Positions 49,842-64,000 of a DNA stretch of 64,000 nt are shown piece by piece. Under the pieces are notes generated by a model. It had not been told where the DNA came from. It saw only the letters and a list, made by a program, of their open reading frames with translations, and ran no database searches. Within the stretch, counting starts at the first letter, position 1. Every line of letters begins with the position of its first letter. The position numbers and the translations under genes were made by a program. The stretch covers positions 6,398,889 through 6,462,888 of the forward strand of contig CAVNZM010000012.1 in the NCBI GenBank assembly GCA_963693365.1, in the 5' to 3' direction. This DNA comes from Amoebidium appalachense. Taxonomy: Eukaryota; Protista; Ichthyosporea.

Positions 49842-50697
49842 CCCTTCACGGGATTATTCGCATTCTCGTGTGAGATTATTGTATTTACATGCCCTTCTTA
49901 TAAAGGCATAGCATATGGGATAATCATTGCACGTCAGATTGAAACGAGGGAACAGTCTTTAGAGCTGGAGGGGGGGACGGGGGCTCTCCTGTATCCAAGA
50001 CTCGGCTCACCTTTTTGAACTCTTGACGGTGTGTCGAGTAGAGCACTAGTACCTGCCAGCCTCGGTATCTTTTTGATTAAACATAAGTGATGACTTTTAG
50101 TGCCTTTATGTGGCTGGCTAGATAATTATTATTATTTTTTTAAAAAGTTTTTACGGATTCGCCCAACTTTGAAGGCTATATTATACACCGATTAAGTCGA
50201 TCCATACCTTCAGTAGTCACAACTTCAGGAAAACGCAAGTATACGTATCAGTCACGCTGCACTTTAAGGTTGACAGGTATATTATTATTATTAAGGTACT
50301 GTTTATTGTTTTTGCTTTAACACTGCTGTGATGAGGTGCCGGCTATATAACCACTGGCCCATGGCATGCACTCCCACCCAACAAGGTGTGGTGGAATAAA
50401 TGTAGAGCGTAGTGTGTTTTTTCCATCTATTTTTTGGGCCTAAAACATCATCCTTGCACTCTGTTTACCAGTCACTGCAGACGGAAAGGTTTTTATAAAG
50501 GTTTATAAAGATTCGGCCCAAAACTCAGGCTGAAATCCTGAATACCAAGTATAGTTTGAAAGCTCTCACACTTTGAAAAACGCGTTTAGTTTCCGCACCC
50601 TTTTCTAATGTGTACGAATTCGAACGTTCACCATTAGAGTGAAGTTATGGCTGGGCAAGCTTGTGCATAATAATAAAGGTGTACATGTACATGTCAC

Positions 50698-50803
<106 letters not shown>

Positions 50804-51656
50804 TGTGCGTGCGTGCGTGATTGTGTGTGTGTGTGCCTGTGTGCGCATGTATTCGTGGCGCTCCATGTGTGCGTGTGTTTGCTTGTGTGTTTGTGGTATA
50901 TATTATGTGCACATGTGTGCTGTAATAATAGGCACTGCTGTCTTCGGTGGTTCGTACAGTGTGTTAACGGTTTGTGTTCCCCGTGTAAGGGGGAGGGTGT
51001 ACAAGAGGGGGGAGGGGGGAGGGGAGGGGGGGGGGGGGGGGGGGAGAGTGACTCGGGAGGATGGTGATGTGTGTGCACGTCCGTGCGAGACCGTCGACGT
51101 CAGTAGTAGTGTGCACACCGGGTCTCTCATGACCTGTACACCGCGAGATTGTGGGTGTCACGCTTTTGGTGTGTGTATGGATGTACATGTGCAGTTACTT
51201 ATTTATGTACACATGTACTGGGACCCAGTACCATAATGAACGGTTCTTGAGCTATGCCTATGTAGATAGCAGTATTATGGGCATATACGTATGTGGCATG
51301 CTTGTGCAGGTGAGTGCTGCAAGTGTAGCGAGCTCGAGCTCGACGGGGGCCCCCCACTCATATGGTCGTGAGCCAACTTATGATTGGATCTGCGTTGGAG
51401 AGCCCCTCGTAAAACCGGCCCGCGGACGGGGGGCCAGCCCCGGGTGGGGGGTTTGGCGGACGATCCCCCCTTCCCCTTGAGGTTCTGGCGGACGACCCCA
51501 TCTCCGGGCAAAATTCGGCGGAACCTCGAAGAACACTGTTTAAAGCAACGCCCATGACGCATGACCGTGTCTGCTGGTGCAAATCGTCATGCGCATCGAG
51601 CACGTCGCATGCGACGTGAATCTAGGAGTGAAAAAAGAACAGTTCTTTACCCACTC

Positions 51657-51706
<50 letters not shown>

Positions 51707-52383
51707 ATAGGACTCCTGCATGCCATGTGCATGCTAAGCATGGCAAGCCAGCTCACACATCAGTCTTCACAGTGTTAACCACAAAACATAGTACCGTTGA
51801 AACTGTACTCACACTGTTATGATACCTGCGGCCAGTCTCGGCCCGCTCAGACACTCATGCACAAAATATTCAACGATGTATTGTTGTATTTGTAGAAAAT
51901 ACACGGTGCACAGCACATACTATTGTGACACACCCAAAATCAACGGAACATAGTCAAATACTTGTGTCTTGGATCTAAATACTTGTGTCTTGGATCTAAA
52001 ACGTAATCATGTTACTACAAGGATTCAACCAAATACATTTCTGCCGCTAAGATGTGCACTATCTTAGTAACACGTCAGCTTGGCCAAATCATCAGAATAA
52101 CATAATGTAGACTTCTGGTTCAAACTAGTACTACTGTAGTAGTCACACCACACTCCCGAGTTATTAGACATGTTTGGGCTGCACAAATCCCCAGGGCCAT
52201 CACTCTTAAGCCCACAAATTAAGCCGAGAAATCAACGAGTATTATACAACTTCAGGTGCACAAAGGTGTGTTCCTAACCCAGCCATAACTTAAATAAATA
52301 TATCGAACAAATCTCAACATTAGCACACACGTGCATGGTGCATATACTTTGTAGCTGGGGGGCATCTGGTCCGTGCCCCATCC

Positions 52384-52800
52384 CTACTGTGTTATTCCAG
52401 TGTGTTTCGCCCGCTTGCTCCGCCGTAGTTCACGTGGAGCCGTGGCCTCAACTGCTGATTGGCCAACGAAGCGCTTGCGGATATCGTCAGTGTTGTCCGC
52501 TGTAGACACTGGTGGCACACGGTCACTCCGTGCTGCAGGCAGGAGTCTGTGGCAGTCCACATGGATCTTCTCCAGCGGCAGATACTTTTGGGGACGATTT
52601 CCAAAAAACTTCACTAGATATTGGGTCCCGGCAGCACGGGTACCCGACACAGCGGCTGGAGTGGCGCTGCTTATGGACTGCACCATGTACTCCAAGCCAC
52701 CTCTGGTACCGCCATCGTCAGCCCGATCTCGCCTGGCCCATACCGCGTTCCAAAATGGAGAAGTATCACTGTCTGCACCTGTGCCCTCGAGGAGTGTATG
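52384..52800 (-). pseudogene. PWWP/Tudor-like coding fragment between the two receptor paralogues
   Basis: Repeat-free frame with AVWARR...QYLVKFFGNRPQKYLPLEKI, resembling the PWWP pattern VWAK...YLVxFFG...I but lacking the PWWP core. Ends in a basic tail, LRRSKRAK. Confidence 0.45.
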
Positions 52801-54330
52801 GACGCAGAGACTCGAGTACGTATATATATGGCTCGAGTACGTATATATATGGGAACGTGCGATGCCTATCATATGTGTATGCTTCTGACTGTGTGCCTTG
52901 TACGAATAAGAAAATGTTAATCATGCACGGTGTCATGGGTGCGTGTGTGCCTGTATTTGCGTACCTGCATACGGCGGCGTGTGTAACACCCGGCCCGTGT
53001 ACGTGACTGACACGCGGCCCACAGAGTGTGGCATGCTACACCCACACGCACGCGTACGCAAAGCTTTTTTAAACATGCACACATCCACTGAGTGTGTGCG
53101 CATGTAAGTGTGTCTGTGGCTCAGGGTGCAGTGTATGGTGTGTGTGGGTGTGAACACAGCATGTAAGCACTGTTGATCAATGATGGGCCTTCGTCCGTGT
53201 GCGTGCGTGCACATGCGTGTGCGTGCGTGCCAGTGTACATGTGGCATGAGCTGGGTGCAAATCCATTCAATCGGATCAATGATCTGGCGCCAAATCTCGT
53301 CGTGCATCTGATTGGTCCATGGTTTGCATTTTTGGCGGTGCGAGATCCACCATTCATAGCGCCATCTCGCACTATAATTTTTTTTGGGTATACTATGATC
53401 TCCCTATGTATACCAACTGCCCATCCCCGGCTTCGCCAAGTAGTGCCATGTGCCCTTAAATATTGTTTGTAGCTAGCGCTATGCCGCAGCAAAGGGCTGA
53501 GAGAACAAAAGCCGCCAACAACTGTGAAAACCTGCGTTTAGGGGCAGGCCAAGAGCCACAATTGACACACTTCACGTGCCTGGGTGTGCTGCAAAGTCGC
53601 CGGCACCCATGTTTAGCAACACTCACCACCTCCAATATGGTTCGTGCTCGTCACTGTATTACCGTAATAACACTTGTTTGTGGCAGATCTTAACGATGTT
53701 ATCAACAACCCTAAGGTAGGGTTGCTATGTTCTGCATTGTCAGTTTATATTAAGTCGGTCGTGGTCCAAAGTGACAGAAATATATTTACATCACAGTGAC
53801 ATGCTGTTTAGATTCTCATCTGAATTCGAAAGGGTATACCTACTAGTATAGTAGTAATAATCGCACACCACTATATGTGCTAGGGGTAACTTGAAGGTGG
53901 ATGTTGATTAGCACGAGCAATATTCAAAAAGGCACCAAGTATTTCAGGCTCCTAGGCCTGCATCTGCAATAACATTAGGAACTGCTAATATCAATATTCG
54001 GGTCTTTTCAAGCACATTTGCATTCTACATGCATGATACCTTCAAATTCGTTTCAATGACAGGTGCTCATCAGCAAACCTTGTGCGCCTGATGGTTATTG
54101 CACCACCAACTGGGATGGTGCCTGTTATCGAACACAACCTCTCGGCAGCAGCAAAAAAGCTTGCATACTGCTTACGGCAACACAAAGTTTTTTGTTGTCC
54201 CTTCGAATTTCGACTCAATCAGAATAAAAAAATACATATTGTGTGCACCTAGATGCACCTACAATAAAGTTGCCAAACCTAGCTGGTTCAATATTTTGTC
54301 TGTAAAATAACTCGTACCATTAAATTGCAA

Positions 54331-63753
<9,423 letters not shown>

Positions 63754-64000
63754 GCGCCGACTAATAACGAATCTCCACTCGTGTGTTTAAGCTTGTGTCG
63801 TAATACTGATTTGGCTTCTGTTTTCGGGGCATTCAACGTGGTTTTCTTTTTTCTTTTTTTTCTTTCCTTTCTTTCTTTCTTTTTTTTGTGTGGGGTAGGG
63901 GGGGGGGGGGGGGAGGGGGAGGGGGGACCAAAGAGCCTCTGGTAGAAGAGTTGATGTGTGTGTACATGGGGGGTTGCCGCTAAATATTCAGGGGTCCCTC

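Overview
Intron-rich eukaryotic genomic DNA. The near-animal LSM6 sequence, SAM receptors and Tyr motifs suggest a unicellular holozoan such as an ichthyosporean (inference only). Introns and intergenic DNA are packed with poly-G/poly-C runs and (CA)n/(GT)n/(CT)n microsatellites, so most ORFs in the supplied track are spurious. Manual splicing with GT-AG and phase checks gives: the last exon of a UBX-domain gene, LSM6 (3 exons, minus), a 6-exon HNH/zinc-finger gene plus a decayed partial duplicate, a frameshifted KCTD-type BTB + beta-propeller gene, a single-exon orphan with a mitochondrial-type presequence, and a MYND-finger gene with a C-terminal TM helix (minus). The highlight is two tandem 12-exon paralogues (40660-49841 and 54331-63753) encoding type I membrane proteins: signal peptide, Thr-rich linker, Cys-rich domain, extracellular left-handed beta-helix (hexapeptide repeats), TM helix, Tyr-motif tail and SAM domain. 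I do not recognise this architecture from any described family. Also present: a perfect 121-bp-arm hairpin, a TA-flanked MITE, a PWWP-like relic and minisatellites.
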